Shown: positions 50,510 through 60,035 of the stretch, piece by piece
How the letters are laid out: the number at the start of each line of letters is the position of its first letter
Position numbering within the stretch: the stretch's first letter is position 1
Source: Puniceicoccales bacterium
GTDB lineage: Bacteria; Verrucomicrobiota; Verrucomicrobiia; Opitutales; UBA9783
NCBI GenBank assembly: GCA_031278975.1
Contig: JAITJL010000001.1
Location: 21,680 to 85,679, forward strand
DNA: 64,000 nucleotides
Reading direction: 5' to 3'
The notes under the pieces: model-generated
Databases searched by the model: none
What the model saw: the letters and a program-made list of their open reading frames with translations, nothing else
What the model was told of the DNA's origin: nothing
Translations under genes and position numbers: made by a program

Positions 50510-51184
50510 TTAATTGGCTTGTGGGATAAAAATTTTGTCACCCACTTTGACTTGTTTTGGATCGGAAATTTTGTTAGCAGCTCGGATATACTCCGTACGC
50601 GAATTAAGTCTTTGCGCAATGCTTGCCAACGAGTCTCCAGATTTAATTTCGTACATGATACCCGTTTGGGGGTAATAGTCCGCAGGCGTATTGGCCACTT
50701 GTTCCATTTGCATAATCTTGTCAAAACCCTCTTGCATTTGCTGTGCAAGATCTTGAATGCGTTCATTGACCTGCGACAAGATCTTCAATTGGCATCGCTC
50801 GCACACTTGTTGCACCTGATCTTGAGAAGAAACGCATCGCTGTTCAAATTCAGCATATTTTTTCAAAAAGTCTTCGTATTGCGTTTTCATGGTTGTACAT
50901 TCCGACTGCAACGCGCTTAATTCTTCGATCTTAGTGGCCAACGAAAGGTAATTTTTCTGCAAATCTTCTAAAGCAGCCACTTTTTTCTGTAACTCTATAT
51001 TATTTGCCACGATGCGTTCTTGTTCTGCACCTATGCGTTTTACTTCTTGCGTCAACAAATAAACCTCTTCAGTCAAAGAAGACAATTGACGTTGAGGTGT
51101 TTGGATAACTCCCCAGCTGACGTTTAAACAGCAAATGTTTAGAATAAATACAAATAAACACCTCATACTCTTATTGTTTGACAT
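50510..51184 (-). CDS. Secreted coiled-coil protein with a C-terminal LysM domain
   Basis: Signal peptide (MRCLFVFILNICCLNVSWG), a long heptad-rich middle region, and a LysM domain YEIKSGDSLASIAQRLNSRTEYIRAANKISDPKQVKVGDKIFIP. Confidence 0.7.
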   Translation of the reverse strand: MSNNKSMRCLFVFILNICCLNVSWGVIQTPQRQLSSLTEEVYLLTQEVKRIGAEQERIVANNIELQKKVAALEDLQKNYLSLATKIEELSALQSECTTMKTQYEDFLKKYAEFEQRCVSSQDQVQQVCERCQLKILSQVNERIQDLAQQMQEGFDKIMQMEQVANTPADYYPQTGIMYEIKSGDSLASIAQRLNSRTEYIRAANKISDPKQVKVGDKIFIPQAN

Positions 51185-51319
51185 TTTTTGTAAAAGTCAA
51201 AATTTATAGTAAAAAATGTAAGATATACAGCGTTCATTTATTACCTAACACAGAATCAACACGGACACCGATAGCCGATTTTTTGTAACCATTCTTGGGT
51301 TCAAAAAATTGCTTTTCGA

Positions 51320-52408
51320 TTAGGCTTCCAGGGCGTCATCTCGGCTTTCCGAAAAAGCACCTTTTGCAAGCACCATACCTCCCGATACACGCACTTTGTC
51401 TATAATGGCTTGCGTGGCTTCTTCCATTACCGCTGGATTTTCTTTTAAATAACTTTTGGCGGCTTCGCGACCTTGACCAATCAGATTACCTTTGTAGGCA
51501 ACCCATGCTCCTTTTTTCTCAAAAATCTGATGTTCGATGGCTAAATCAAGCACGGAGGACGCTTGCGATATTCCCTCATCATACATGATATCAAACTCAC
51601 ATTCCGTAAAGGGAGGTGCCACTTTATTTTTAACCACCTTCAACCGCGTTCTGTTGCCCACAACGCGACCCATCGTGTCCTTCAGTTGTCCAACGCGACG
51701 AATATCCATGCGAACGGATGCAAAAAACTTGAGTGCCCGTCCACCCGTGGTCGTTTCTGGACTACCGAACACAACACCAATTTTTTCACGGATTTGGTTT
51801 GTAAAAATACAAATGCATTTTGATTTGTTAATAACGGATGTTAGGCGGCGCATCGCCTGACTCATCATGCGGGCTTGCAGGCCAACATTGGTATCGCCCA
51901 TTTGACCGCTCAGTTCGGCTTTCGATACCAAGGCAGCCACAGAGTCAACGACAATAACTTCAATGGCACCCGAACGGATAAGCGTTTCCGCAATATTGAG
52001 CGCATCCTCGCCACTTTCGGGTTGAGAAACGATCAAATTGTCCAAATCAACACCCACAATTTTTGTATAACGGGGATCCAACGCATTTTCCACATCGATA
52101 AAAACAGCCCGCCCACCTTTCTTCTGAACTTGGGAGATAATGCTAAGGCATAAAGTTGTTTTACCCGAAGATTCCGGACCAAAAATTTCGCAAATACGGC
52201 CTCTGGGAAGGCCGCCTACACCGAGCGCAAGATCAATTGCCAGAGAGCCCGTCGAAATGACGGATACATCCATTTTTGCCGTACTCCCCATGCGCATGAT
52301 GGCTCCATCGCCAAATTGTTTATTAATGGCAGCAATAGCCAGTTCCAGTGTTTTATCCTCAATGTGCAGTTCTCCCGGCTTTTTGACCGTTGCCTTGTTA
52401 GTTTCCAT
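51320..52408 (-). CDS. recA: Recombinase A
   Basis: [97 protein letters not shown]. Confidence 0.97.
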   Translation of the reverse strand: METNKATVKKPGELHIEDKTLELAIAAINKQFGDGAIMRMGSTAKMDVSVISTGSLAIDLALGVGGLPRGRICEIFGPESSGKTTLCLSIISQVQKKGGRAVFIDVENALDPRYTKIVGVDLDNLIVSQPESGEDALNIAETLIRSGAIEVIVVDSVAALVSKAELSGQMGDTNVGLQARMMSQAMRRLTSVINKSKCICIFTNQIREKIGVVFGSPETTTGGRALKFFASVRMDIRRVGQLKDTMGRVVGNRTRLKVVKNKVAPPFTECEFDIMYDEGISQASSVLDLAIEHQIFEKKGAWVAYKGNLIGQGREAAKSYLKENPAVMEEATQAIIDKVRVSGGMVLAKGAFSESRDDALEA

Positions 52409-52443
52409 AAATTATTGATTAAAAAATTGCCTAAACCAATTCA

Positions 52444-53577
52444 TTAGTTTTTTTTTACACTTTTTCCAGAAACATCCGTTTGTTCTCCCAGTGAGATGGC
52501 GAAAGCTTCCAAGCATTTACGTTGTTCCCGTGTCAACTTTTTAGGGACAGTGATCGCAATGTGTACCAGCAAATCGCCCATTTTTGTGCCATAAGTTGCC
52601 CTTTTATCCAGTTGTGGCATACCATATCCCTTGAGTTTAAATATGGTATTCGGTTGGGTACCCGCAGGAATTTTTAAAGTTGCTTTGCCGGTTAAAGTTG
52701 GAATTTCAATGTCACCGCCTAAAGCTGCCAAAGTGAATGAAATATCCTGATAGTACAGTAGATCTACACCATCACGTTGAAATAAGTCGTGTTTTTTAAC
52801 AAAAACAACCACGTATAAGTCGCCCGATAATCCCCCTAAGGGTCCCGTTTCTCCTAGACCCGAAAATCGCAATTTTGAACCCTCGTTAATACCTGCAGGA
52901 ATCTTTGCTTTAACCTGTGTTTTGTTAATTTCTAAACCTTTCCCATGGCAATAGGGGCAAGGGTTTTCGATAATTTTCCCCGCACCGTGACACTGAGGGC
53001 AAGTGCGACTCATGCTAAAAAAGCCTTGCGAGGTGATAATTTGGCCACGTCCACGGCATTGAGGGCATACTTTAGGCTGCGTTCCAGGCTTACACCCATT
53101 CCCATTACAATGCGAGCACGGTATGTGGCGCTGGTATTCAATCGTTTTGGTAACGCCACTTGCGGCTTCTTCGAGGGTAATTTCTAAATCATAACGTAAA
53201 TCTGCACCTTGTGATTCACTTTTATAACCTTGATGACCTCCAAAAAAGCTTTCAAAAATACCCCCACCTCGACTTCCAAAAACTTCTCTAAATACATCGA
53301 ATGGGTCACTGAATCCACCTTGCGCACTTGAGGAACCACTGCCAAAACCACCTTCAAAAGCCGTATGACCATATTGATCATAGGCAGCTCTTTTGTTGGA
53401 ATCCCTTAAAATTTCGTATGCTTCGGAAATTTGTTTAAACTTTTCTTCGGCCTCCTTATTCCCCGGGTTTTTATCCGGATGATATTGAACGGCCTTTTTG
53501 CGATAAGCTTTTTTGATCTCTTCTGCAGAAGCTTGCCTGGAAACACCTAATAATTCGTAATAGTCTTGTTTGCCCAT
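52444..53577 (-). CDS. dnaJ: Chaperone DnaJ
   Basis: An internal ATG ([12 protein letters not shown]...) of track ORF 52444..53589. J-domain with YHPDKNPG, a G/F-rich linker, and four CxxCxGxG zinc motifs ([32 protein letters not shown]). Confidence 0.95.
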   Translation of the reverse strand: MGKQDYYELLGVSRQASAEEIKKAYRKKAVQYHPDKNPGNKEAEEKFKQISEAYEILRDSNKRAAYDQYGHTAFEGGFGSGSSSAQGGFSDPFDVFREVFGSRGGGIFESFFGGHQGYKSESQGADLRYDLEITLEEAASGVTKTIEYQRHIPCSHCNGNGCKPGTQPKVCPQCRGRGQIITSQGFFSMSRTCPQCHGAGKIIENPCPYCHGKGLEINKTQVKAKIPAGINEGSKLRFSGLGETGPLGGLSGDLYVVVFVKKHDLFQRDGVDLLYYQDISFTLAALGGDIEIPTLTGKATLKIPAGTQPNTIFKLKGYGMPQLDKRATYGTKMGDLLVHIAITVPKKLTREQRKCLEAFAISLGEQTDVSGKSVKKN

Positions 53578-53592
53578 TTTTGCTCTCATCTT

Positions 53593-54183
53593 TTAATGAT
53601 CATTAGGAGACTCTTCAGGCATTTTGCCTTTAGAAACCACGACGCTAGCTGGACGTAGTAATTTGTCGCCCAAACAATATCCATTTCTAACGGTATGCAC
53701 CACATATCCCTCGAGAACAGAATCGTTGTGGCAGGTTGATACGGCTTCATGGAGATGGGGATTAAAAGGTTCTCCCTTGGGTTCTATGGATGCAACCCCC
53801 AATTTATCCAAGCTTACTTTAAACTGCTGCAATATCATTTGAAGCCCGTTGGCAACGTCTGCGGAAAGGCCACTCTGTTCAGCATTTATTAATCCTATCT
53901 GGAATGCATCAAAAACGTTAATAATTTCACCGAGAACGGATTGTATGGTAGACAAACGTAAACCTTCTTTATCTCTTATAAAACGTTTACGTGCATTGTC
54001 TAGATCAGCCCGTGCCCGTAAAAATTGATCTTGTAAATCATTACACCGTTGTTCCAGTTCTGCAAGCTTTGCTTTCAAAATATCCGTTTCGTTAACGGGA
54101 ATATCGGTTGCACTGTCAGCTTGTGGTTCTGCCATACTTTCTACATTTCGATTTATATCTGTACCCTGTTCCATAAGTACCAA
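53593..54183 (-). CDS. grpE: Nucleotide exchange factor GrpE
   Basis: Coiled-coil LKAKLAELEQRCNDLQDQFLRARADLDNARKR and C-terminal beta-domain FNPHLHEAVS...VVHTVRNGYCLGDKLLRPASVVVS. Confidence 0.9.
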   Translation of the reverse strand: MVLMEQGTDINRNVESMAEPQADSATDIPVNETDILKAKLAELEQRCNDLQDQFLRARADLDNARKRFIRDKEGLRLSTIQSVLGEIINVFDAFQIGLINAEQSGLSADVANGLQMILQQFKVSLDKLGVASIEPKGEPFNPHLHEAVSTCHNDSVLEGYVVHTVRNGYCLGDKLLRPASVVVSKGKMPEESPNDH

Positions 54184-54494
54184 TGAATGCTTCTTAAATA
54201 TTTATATATTGTTTAACAAATATTTTTCCTATACGTAATCTGTGATTTAAACTCTTTTGCAAACACTGCAAGTATTTTTAAAAATTTCTTTGCGTGCTGC
54301 CATAAGACAAGGCAATGTAGCGCAAAAACAAACCAAATTGCAAGAAAGTTTTAGGGCTTGAAAAAAGGTCTTGACTTATTTTCCCCAATTATCCTTGGGG
54401 AAATTCAACTATAATTTTTATGGCAACGTTACAAACCGGTATTTGTCATTTATGACAAAAATGTCAGTCACGTTAGTTCAAAACTCAATAATAC

Positions 54495-55334
54495 CTATTT
54501 TTCAGCTTTCCGTATGCTTTCTGTCTTCCGTGGAAATTCTGGAAAATTGTAATACACATCTCTATCTTTGATGAGGTACGTATCCCTGATGTTGTAGATA
54601 TGTTCTTTGCAATCATCCATCGATTGAAATTTATTCCACACGATTTTGAAGGCATTTGCATTTGTTATGTACCATGATAATCCTGCTTGCATGGTACTAC
54701 AATCAGCCCAACCGAGCGTATTTTCAAAGTCGAACCCAGTCCCACTTTTCCTAAAAGGTACATAGGTAAACCGATCTCCTTTATACAAATGATTCGGCAA
54801 AAAACAACGGATATTTCCAGCAGGAACCGTATTGTCCGAACCATTCGGCGGAAACTCGTTAAAAATCAAATAATAGTTGCGACACGCTTTTACCACGCAT
54901 TCAATATTGTATACGCATTCGTTGAGGCGAAAATCTTCCGTGGCTTTTTTAAACCCCGGAACGGCGATGGTGGCCAGAATCGCCACAATGCACAGCGTTA
55001 CAACGATTTCGATGAGCGTAAAACCGTTACGGTTTACGGATGTGGATGAATACTTCGGTGCTCGGCCAAGTCCAGACGTCCGGAGAGGAACCGACTCAGG
55101 ATATCTTGCTGCTTGACAAGGTCGGAGAAACCTGTTTTGGCTTAGGGAGGAATGCTCCAATGCTCGGCTAGATATCGGCGCCCGGAGGGAAATCGATGTT
55201 CCAGAACACCTCGCCGCTTGACCTGGAACCGACTTAGGACGCTCTGTCGCAGTTAAACAGTCAGATGCCTTGGCGTCTCGATGAAAACCGTTTCGACTTG
55301 GGGATGGACATTTTAACTCCTGGACTGGCCTCAA
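54495..55334 (-). CDS. Prepilin-type N-terminal cleavage/methylation-domain protein (pseudopilin/pilin-like). The 5' end is anomalous and it may be a pseudogene.
   Basis: The class III signal core G|FTLIEIVVTLCIVAILATIAVP has its Phe(+1) codon at 55020-55022, so the mature part is 54495..55022. The 104 in-frame upstream codons contain no ATG or GTG. Only TTG at 55334 and TTG at 55160 are available, implying 104- or 46-aa leaders. Confidence 0.55.
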   Translation of the reverse strand: MRPVQELKCPSPSRNGFHRDAKASDCLTATERPKSVPGQAARCSGTSISLRAPISSRALEHSSLSQNRFLRPCQAARYPESVPLRTSGLGRAPKYSSTSVNRNGFTLIEIVVTLCIVAILATIAVPGFKKATEDFRLNECVYNIECVVKACRNYYLIFNEFPPNGSDNTVPAGNIRCFLPNHLYKGDRFTYVPFRKSGTGFDFENTLGWADCSTMQAGLSWYITNANAFKIVWNKFQSMDDCKEHIYNIRDTYLIKDRDVYYNFPEFPRKTESIRKAEK

Positions 55335-55651
55335 TCTTCGATGAGGGTCTCAATCCTCGACGAAATTCTAATGCCTGGATTGGTCCTAACCTTCGACCAG
55401 GTTCTGAACTCCGGTTCAGTTTCAATACCTGGCTTCGCCTAAATCTTCGATGGGATCCTGACCTTTGATTGGGTTCCAACCCTTGGCTCAGTCCCAACCG
55501 TTGAACTGGCTTTAGATCCGAGATCAGTCCAAATCTTCGGTAGGGTTCCACTCCCCGGTTCGGTCTCAACCCTCGACGAAATTCTAATTCCCGGCTCGTT
55601 CCTAATTCCGAAGCTGGTCCCAATCTTTGACCGGAGTCCTCTAACTTCGGA
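55310..55651. repeat. Phased degenerate tandem array, 19 units of 18 bp (consensus about GGTYCYAAYCYTCGRNNN), G+C-rich
   Basis: Units read in register: attttaactcctggactg, gcctcaatcttcgatgag, ggtctcaatcctcgacga, aattctaatgcctggatt, ggtcctaaccttcgacca, ggttctgaactccggttc, ... ggtcccaatctttgaccg, gagtcctctaacttcgga. The 36-mers at 55346-55381 and 55562-55597 are 31/36 identical and sit exactly 12 units apart. Confidence 0.8.
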
Positions 55652-57357
55652 ATGCTATTGGCAACTAAGCGCTTAGCTGTCTTGGGTCTTCACTACTAAA
55701 TTAGTATAGCCTTTCCTTACTACCTCTGTCAAGGGCTTTTTGGGGGATTTCATAAAGTTGTTCGGAGGGTTTTCATGGATTTTGGAAACAAATCTTCTGT
55801 TATTCGGAGGTTTTTAGGTCGTTCAATGCAACGGCCGGAGCATGTTCATCTTACGGCAAAACCGAGTCGCGTGTTAAATAACTAAAACCCTCGGATGCAG
55901 TGTGGATGCACCGCTGCGCTCATTACAGAGGAACACTAGCAAACGGTAAAATCATAAGAAAATACCTTCGAAAATTCCTCAGTTATGACGAAAATGATGC
56001 AGTTGCGGCAAAACTATGTTCAAAAACCCAAGTTGGTGGTGGTAAAGCTTATGCGGTTCTCCGGGATATATGCGTTTATATCTAACTTCCCGGAGAATTT
56101 CCAAAAGCTTATATAAGACTATCTCATCCAAATGAATTAAGGACCTATTTACACTTAAAACATGCATTTATAGGTTAAATTTTACGGTGCATTGCCTATC
56201 TATGGCATTATAACACCTTGCAAAAGTTATTTCAAAGCCTCGTTACGCTCCATCCACATGCCACCCTACGTCGGATATTTCGCCGGGCATAGACGTATTG
56301 GCGTAAAATTCCATTGGGTTCAATGAAGGGTAGGACTTAGTTCCATCAGAAAGATCAAATAGGGTCAATGGTGCAAACACCGAATCTCATGTCGAACAAC
56401 GATCCATCGGACGCCTCGTGAATATAACCTCTGTACTCGCCGAAGTTACAAGCATTATAGCAGGCATGCAAGCCGTGAGATAGCATCTTCAAAAGCCTCG
56501 ACTGCAAGCTAAGATGACGAAGACAATGTTATCTCGGCAAAAGCCGGATTCATAGACTTAGATTGCAGTGATAAACCCGATTACAAATAAGTTGCCAAAC
56601 GAAAACGAAAGTTTTCCATTCTACGGATGCATTCAATGAACCTTCATCTATACAAACCAACTTTACCAAATTTTTAAAGGCGGTATGCCGCTTTGTTTCA
56701 TGTTACATTTCCTACGCTTGTATGTACTCATTGCATCGTTCCAAGAGATATCCAAAACCATCGTCCGGATATCAACAGACGCTCGATTGCCTTTCGACGG
56801 CGTTTATTAAAGAGCAACAGCGCGTATAGTACCCCAATTTCGAGTATGCGTTATATTCCTTTATCCACGACCCGTTTCCCTACTCCTATCCAAGAATCTA
56901 TTGAGAAACAATAGACGCAAATCGTTGTGTAATCAGATAATACGCTCGCACGTGCCTCGGTTATCCTTGGTTATAACGCGCATCTGTTTGTAGCAGTGCA
57001 TACACTTGCTTCAACGAGATACTTTCACAGCTAAAGTATGTTTTTTCTCTATGGATACTACCTCAAGAAAAGTACACAGAACAAGACGGAAGCCCCTCTA
57101 TTTAAGACAAGTATACCCCTAATAAGAATTAAAATAGTCTACTTTATTTTTGGAAGATTCCTTCAACAGGTTACATAAAACTTAAGTTTTAAAGCTAAAG
57201 TTTTATAAACATTTTGGGGATCACTTTACTTAAAAATAAAAGCTTTTGGATTTATATCAGGATTCTATTGTGCGTTATTAGAAGATGTATTGAGTTGGTA
57301 ATATTACAGCAAGAGAAAGTATTGCAAAACATCTATGATGCGTACTTTGGTTTTTGG

Positions 57358-58326
57358 TTATTGAAAACGTGTTAAAATTTTTGATGGGAAAAGTTCATTG
57401 ATACTTTGGTCGGTATGAATACGAGTAATGGCTTCGGCAAACAGTTGTGCGATCGATAAAACCGTGAAGGAAAATTTGCCTAAATTTTGAGATTGAACAG
57501 GTAGCGTATCGGTTGTAATGAATTCGTCCAATCCACTTTGGGCTATTTTCCCCAAAACATCTTGGCGTGTAACGGGATGCGTAATCATCGCAATAACACG
57601 TTTTGCGCCTGCTTGTTTAAGCAATTGGGTGGCTGCTATCAGTGTGTTTCCCGTATCGGATATATCATCCACCAAAATGACATGTTTTTTTTGGGCTTCT
57701 CCAATGATATTTAAGACTTCTACCTCGTAAGCACTTTTACGTCGTTTTGCAATCATTCCCACCGAACATTCCAGGAAGTCTGCGTAGGCAATTGCCCGTT
57801 TAACACCGCCCAAATCTGGAGAAAATACAGCCCAGGAAGCTTGTGGATGCGCTTGCTTCAGGTATTCAAAAAAAACTGGACTTGCATACAAATGGTCTAC
57901 CGGTATATCAAAAAACCCGACGATTTGCTGCGCGTGCAAATCCATTGTCAAAATGCGATTTACTCCGGCGGCAACAAGCAGATTTGCGACTAATTTTGAC
58001 GTAATGGGAACGCGAGGCTTATCTTTCCTATCTTGTCGTGCGTAAGCATAAAAGGGAATGACGGCCGTAATACGGCTTGCGGATGCACGTCGAGCCGCAT
58101 CAATCATGACCAATAGTTCCACAAGATGGTGATTAACGGGACTCGCAATGGATTGCACTAAAAAAACATCTGCACCTCGAATGTTTTCTTGAATTTGTAC
58201 AAAAGTTTCTCCATTTGGAAACGAATTAACCAAGGCATGTCCCAGTTTAATTCCCAAATGTTCACAAATATTTTTGGCCAGAGTAGGGTGAGCATTTCCA
58301 GAGAAAATTTTAATCTTTGCGTTCAT
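57358..58326 (-). CDS. prs: Ribose-phosphate pyrophosphokinase
   Basis: IKIFSGNAHPTLAKNICEHLG, VIPFYAYARQDRK, MDLHAQQIVGFFDIPVDHL, and the PRPP-binding loop VILVDDISDTGNTL. Confidence 0.93.
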   Translation of the reverse strand: MNAKIKIFSGNAHPTLAKNICEHLGIKLGHALVNSFPNGETFVQIQENIRGADVFLVQSIASPVNHHLVELLVMIDAARRASASRITAVIPFYAYARQDRKDKPRVPITSKLVANLLVAAGVNRILTMDLHAQQIVGFFDIPVDHLYASPVFFEYLKQAHPQASWAVFSPDLGGVKRAIAYADFLECSVGMIAKRRKSAYEVEVLNIIGEAQKKHVILVDDISDTGNTLIAATQLLKQAGAKRVIAMITHPVTRQDVLGKIAQSGLDEFITTDTLPVQSQNLGKFSFTVLSIAQLFAEAITRIHTDQSINELFPSKILTRFQ

Positions 58327-59404
58327 CTTTACTGAGAAAACATGCTTTTGTGGTATCGGTTGTCAAATAAGCAAATGTTTTTTCCAAGTTGTCTACACGT
58401 CTGAATAATTCCGGCAATCGGCGTTTTAATGCATCAATACGGTGAGCTAACATGTAAGAAAGCGTCGGGGTACCCCGTACAAAACTATTATCTTCCAAAT
58501 CGTGATTTACGCCCGATTGAGCTCCAATCATCACGTGATTACCAACACATAAGTGCCCTGTTAAACCCGCTTGCCCTCCAATAACGGCGTAATCACCGAT
58601 CGTTGTGCTTCCGGAAATACCCACAAAAGCAATAATGAAACAGTGCTTGCCAATCACCACGTTATGACCAATCTGTACCAAATTATCAATTTTTGTGCCT
58701 TCGCCAATGCGTGTTTCATTAAAACGTGCCCTATCTATTGTCGTATTTGCACCTACATCAACTTCATCTTCCAATACAACACGTCCCAGTTGCGGCGACC
58801 GCTTATGGCATCCATTTTCCGTTTCGTACCCGTAACCTTCGGATCCCAGAACAACGCCGGCATCGATAAAGCAATTGCGTCCAATTTCTGTGCCATCCAA
58901 AATAGAACAATGGGGGCGAATGAATGTTCCTCGTTTAACGAAAACTTCTTCTCCAACCACAACATGTGCCTGTAAACAGACACCTTCCTCAATGATTGTA
59001 TTGGGTCCAACAACGCACAGAGGTCCCACGTAGGCTCTGGGAGAAATCTTTGCGCTTGGATCAACGATAGCTGTAGCATGCATACCCGTAGGTATAGGTT
59101 TTTTGCATTGCAGTTCAATGTCTCGGCAGATAGCATCCAGTGCTTTGGATGGATTTTCTACCATAAGCAAAGCTTGTCCCGGATGTGGAGAGCCTACATA
59201 AGATTCAGGTACAAGAATAAGCGACGCTTTAGAACCGAATACCTCTGCTTTGTATTTCTGATTGCCTAAAAAAGAAATGTCACCTGTTTTCGCTTTATTT
59301 AAACTGGCAATTCCGGTAAAAACATCCACATTCAATTTGCCTTGAATTTTTGAAGGATTTACTAATTCAATGATACGATTTAAAGTGTAATGAATAGTAA
59401 ACAT
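58310..59404 (-). CDS. lpxD: UDP-3-O-acylglucosamine N-acyltransferase
   Basis: LpxD N-terminal domain (GDISFLGNQKYKAEVFGSKASLILVPE), a long hexapeptide-repeat beta-helix, and a C-terminal helical tail. It lies downstream of skp and bamA. Confidence 0.9.
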   Translation of the reverse strand: MFTIHYTLNRIIELVNPSKIQGKLNVDVFTGIASLNKAKTGDISFLGNQKYKAEVFGSKASLILVPESYVGSPHPGQALLMVENPSKALDAICRDIELQCKKPIPTGMHATAIVDPSAKISPRAYVGPLCVVGPNTIIEEGVCLQAHVVVGEEVFVKRGTFIRPHCSILDGTEIGRNCFIDAGVVLGSEGYGYETENGCHKRSPQLGRVVLEDEVDVGANTTIDRARFNETRIGEGTKIDNLVQIGHNVVIGKHCFIIAFVGISGSTTIGDYAVIGGQAGLTGHLCVGNHVMIGAQSGVNHDLEDNSFVRGTPTLSYMLAHRIDALKRRLPELFRRVDNLEKTFAYLTTDTTKACFLSKDERKD

Positions 59405-59417
59405 GACGTTTTTTTAC

Positions 59418-60017
59418 TTACTTGTGTGCACTGGAGATCTGTTGAGAAACGGGTTTATTTGCAATTTCAATAACTTCTTTGGTTAAATCATACTCTGGTT
59501 TAGTATACAAAACACCCATGCCTGCTGAATTTAAAATAAAATCTGCACCTTTTTGTTTTGCCAGATTAGCAATGTGCGCGTTCAGTTCTTTGAAATGTTC
59601 CGATAGAACAGCCTGCCGTTTTTGAGTCAGATTATCGTCTTTGTCTTGACGAAACTGATTGATCTCAATTTCTTTTTTATGTAAATTTTCACCTTCCGCA
59701 TTTAATTCTGCGTGTATTTTCTCTTTGGCTTGTTCATCCAGAGCTACACCGTCGTTCAACTTCTTTTGCAGAGATTGTATCTTTTCGATGATGTTTCTCC
59801 CTTCCTGCATCATCTTTTCAATTTCATCTTGAACTTGTTTTGTGAGTATTTCAAAGCTGTTGCGCGCTTCTTTACCTTTATAAAAGTTTTCGTAAACTTC
59901 TGCCATATTAACAGTATAAATGGTATACTGAGGATCCTTGCTTTCGGCAATTGTGTTTAACACGGAAGCGGATGTAACGACTATGCTGAGTCCGATACGT
60001 TTTATCAATTGGTTCAT
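59418..60017 (-). CDS. skp: Periplasmic chaperone Skp/OmpH family
   Basis: 199 aa with a signal peptide and a long Lys/Glu/Gln-rich coiled arm. Positioned between bamA and lpxD. Confidence 0.75.
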   Translation of the reverse strand: MNQLIKRIGLSIVVTSASVLNTIAESKDPQYTIYTVNMAEVYENFYKGKEARNSFEILTKQVQDEIEKMMQEGRNIIEKIQSLQKKLNDGVALDEQAKEKIHAELNAEGENLHKKEIEINQFRQDKDDNLTQKRQAVLSEHFKELNAHIANLAKQKGADFILNSAGMGVLYTKPEYDLTKEVIEIANKPVSQQISSAHK

Positions 60018-60035
60018 ATTTTTGTCCTACGAGTT

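Noticed and set aside
54184-54494. I looked for a CIRCE element (TTAGCACTC-N9-GAGTGCTAA) or a heat-shock promoter upstream of grpE-dnaJ. I also examined TTGACT...TATAAT (54371-54415) with the hairpin ccccaa-ttatcc-ttgggg (54383-54400).
   Set aside because: No CIRCE-like inverted repeat is present. The TTGACT and TATAAT hexamers are about 33 nt apart, too far for a sigma-70 promoter, and they face no downstream gene on that strand. The 6-bp hairpin lacks a U-tract on either strand.
55261-55623. The 120-aa minus-strand ORF covering most of the 18-bp array (MGPASELGTSRELEFRRGLRPNRGVEPYRR...) was considered as a genuine Arg-rich repeat protein.
   Set aside because: Its composition is dictated by the repeat. 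Other frames are almost equally open. It has no recognisable ribosome-binding context, and it overlaps the extended leader of the pilin ORF. I have kept it as part of the repeat finding rather than as a CDS.
55310-55651. CRISPR array.
   Set aside because: The units are contiguous 18-mers without unique spacers, the repeats are degenerate rather than near-identical, and there are no cas genes in the window.
56541-56555. aagccggattcatag resembles the complement of the conserved RNase P RNA P4 3' strand (ACAGAACCCGGCUUA), which raised the possibility that the ORF desert hides rnpB on the minus strand.
   Set aside because: The obligatory partner (GAGGAAAGUCCGGGC-like 5' strand) is absent. The only nearby candidate (complement of catcgtccggatatc, ~56.76 kb) reads AUAUCCGGA, which would mispair at two P4 positions and lacks the GGAAAG core. 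It is most likely a chance match. An Infernal scan would settle it.
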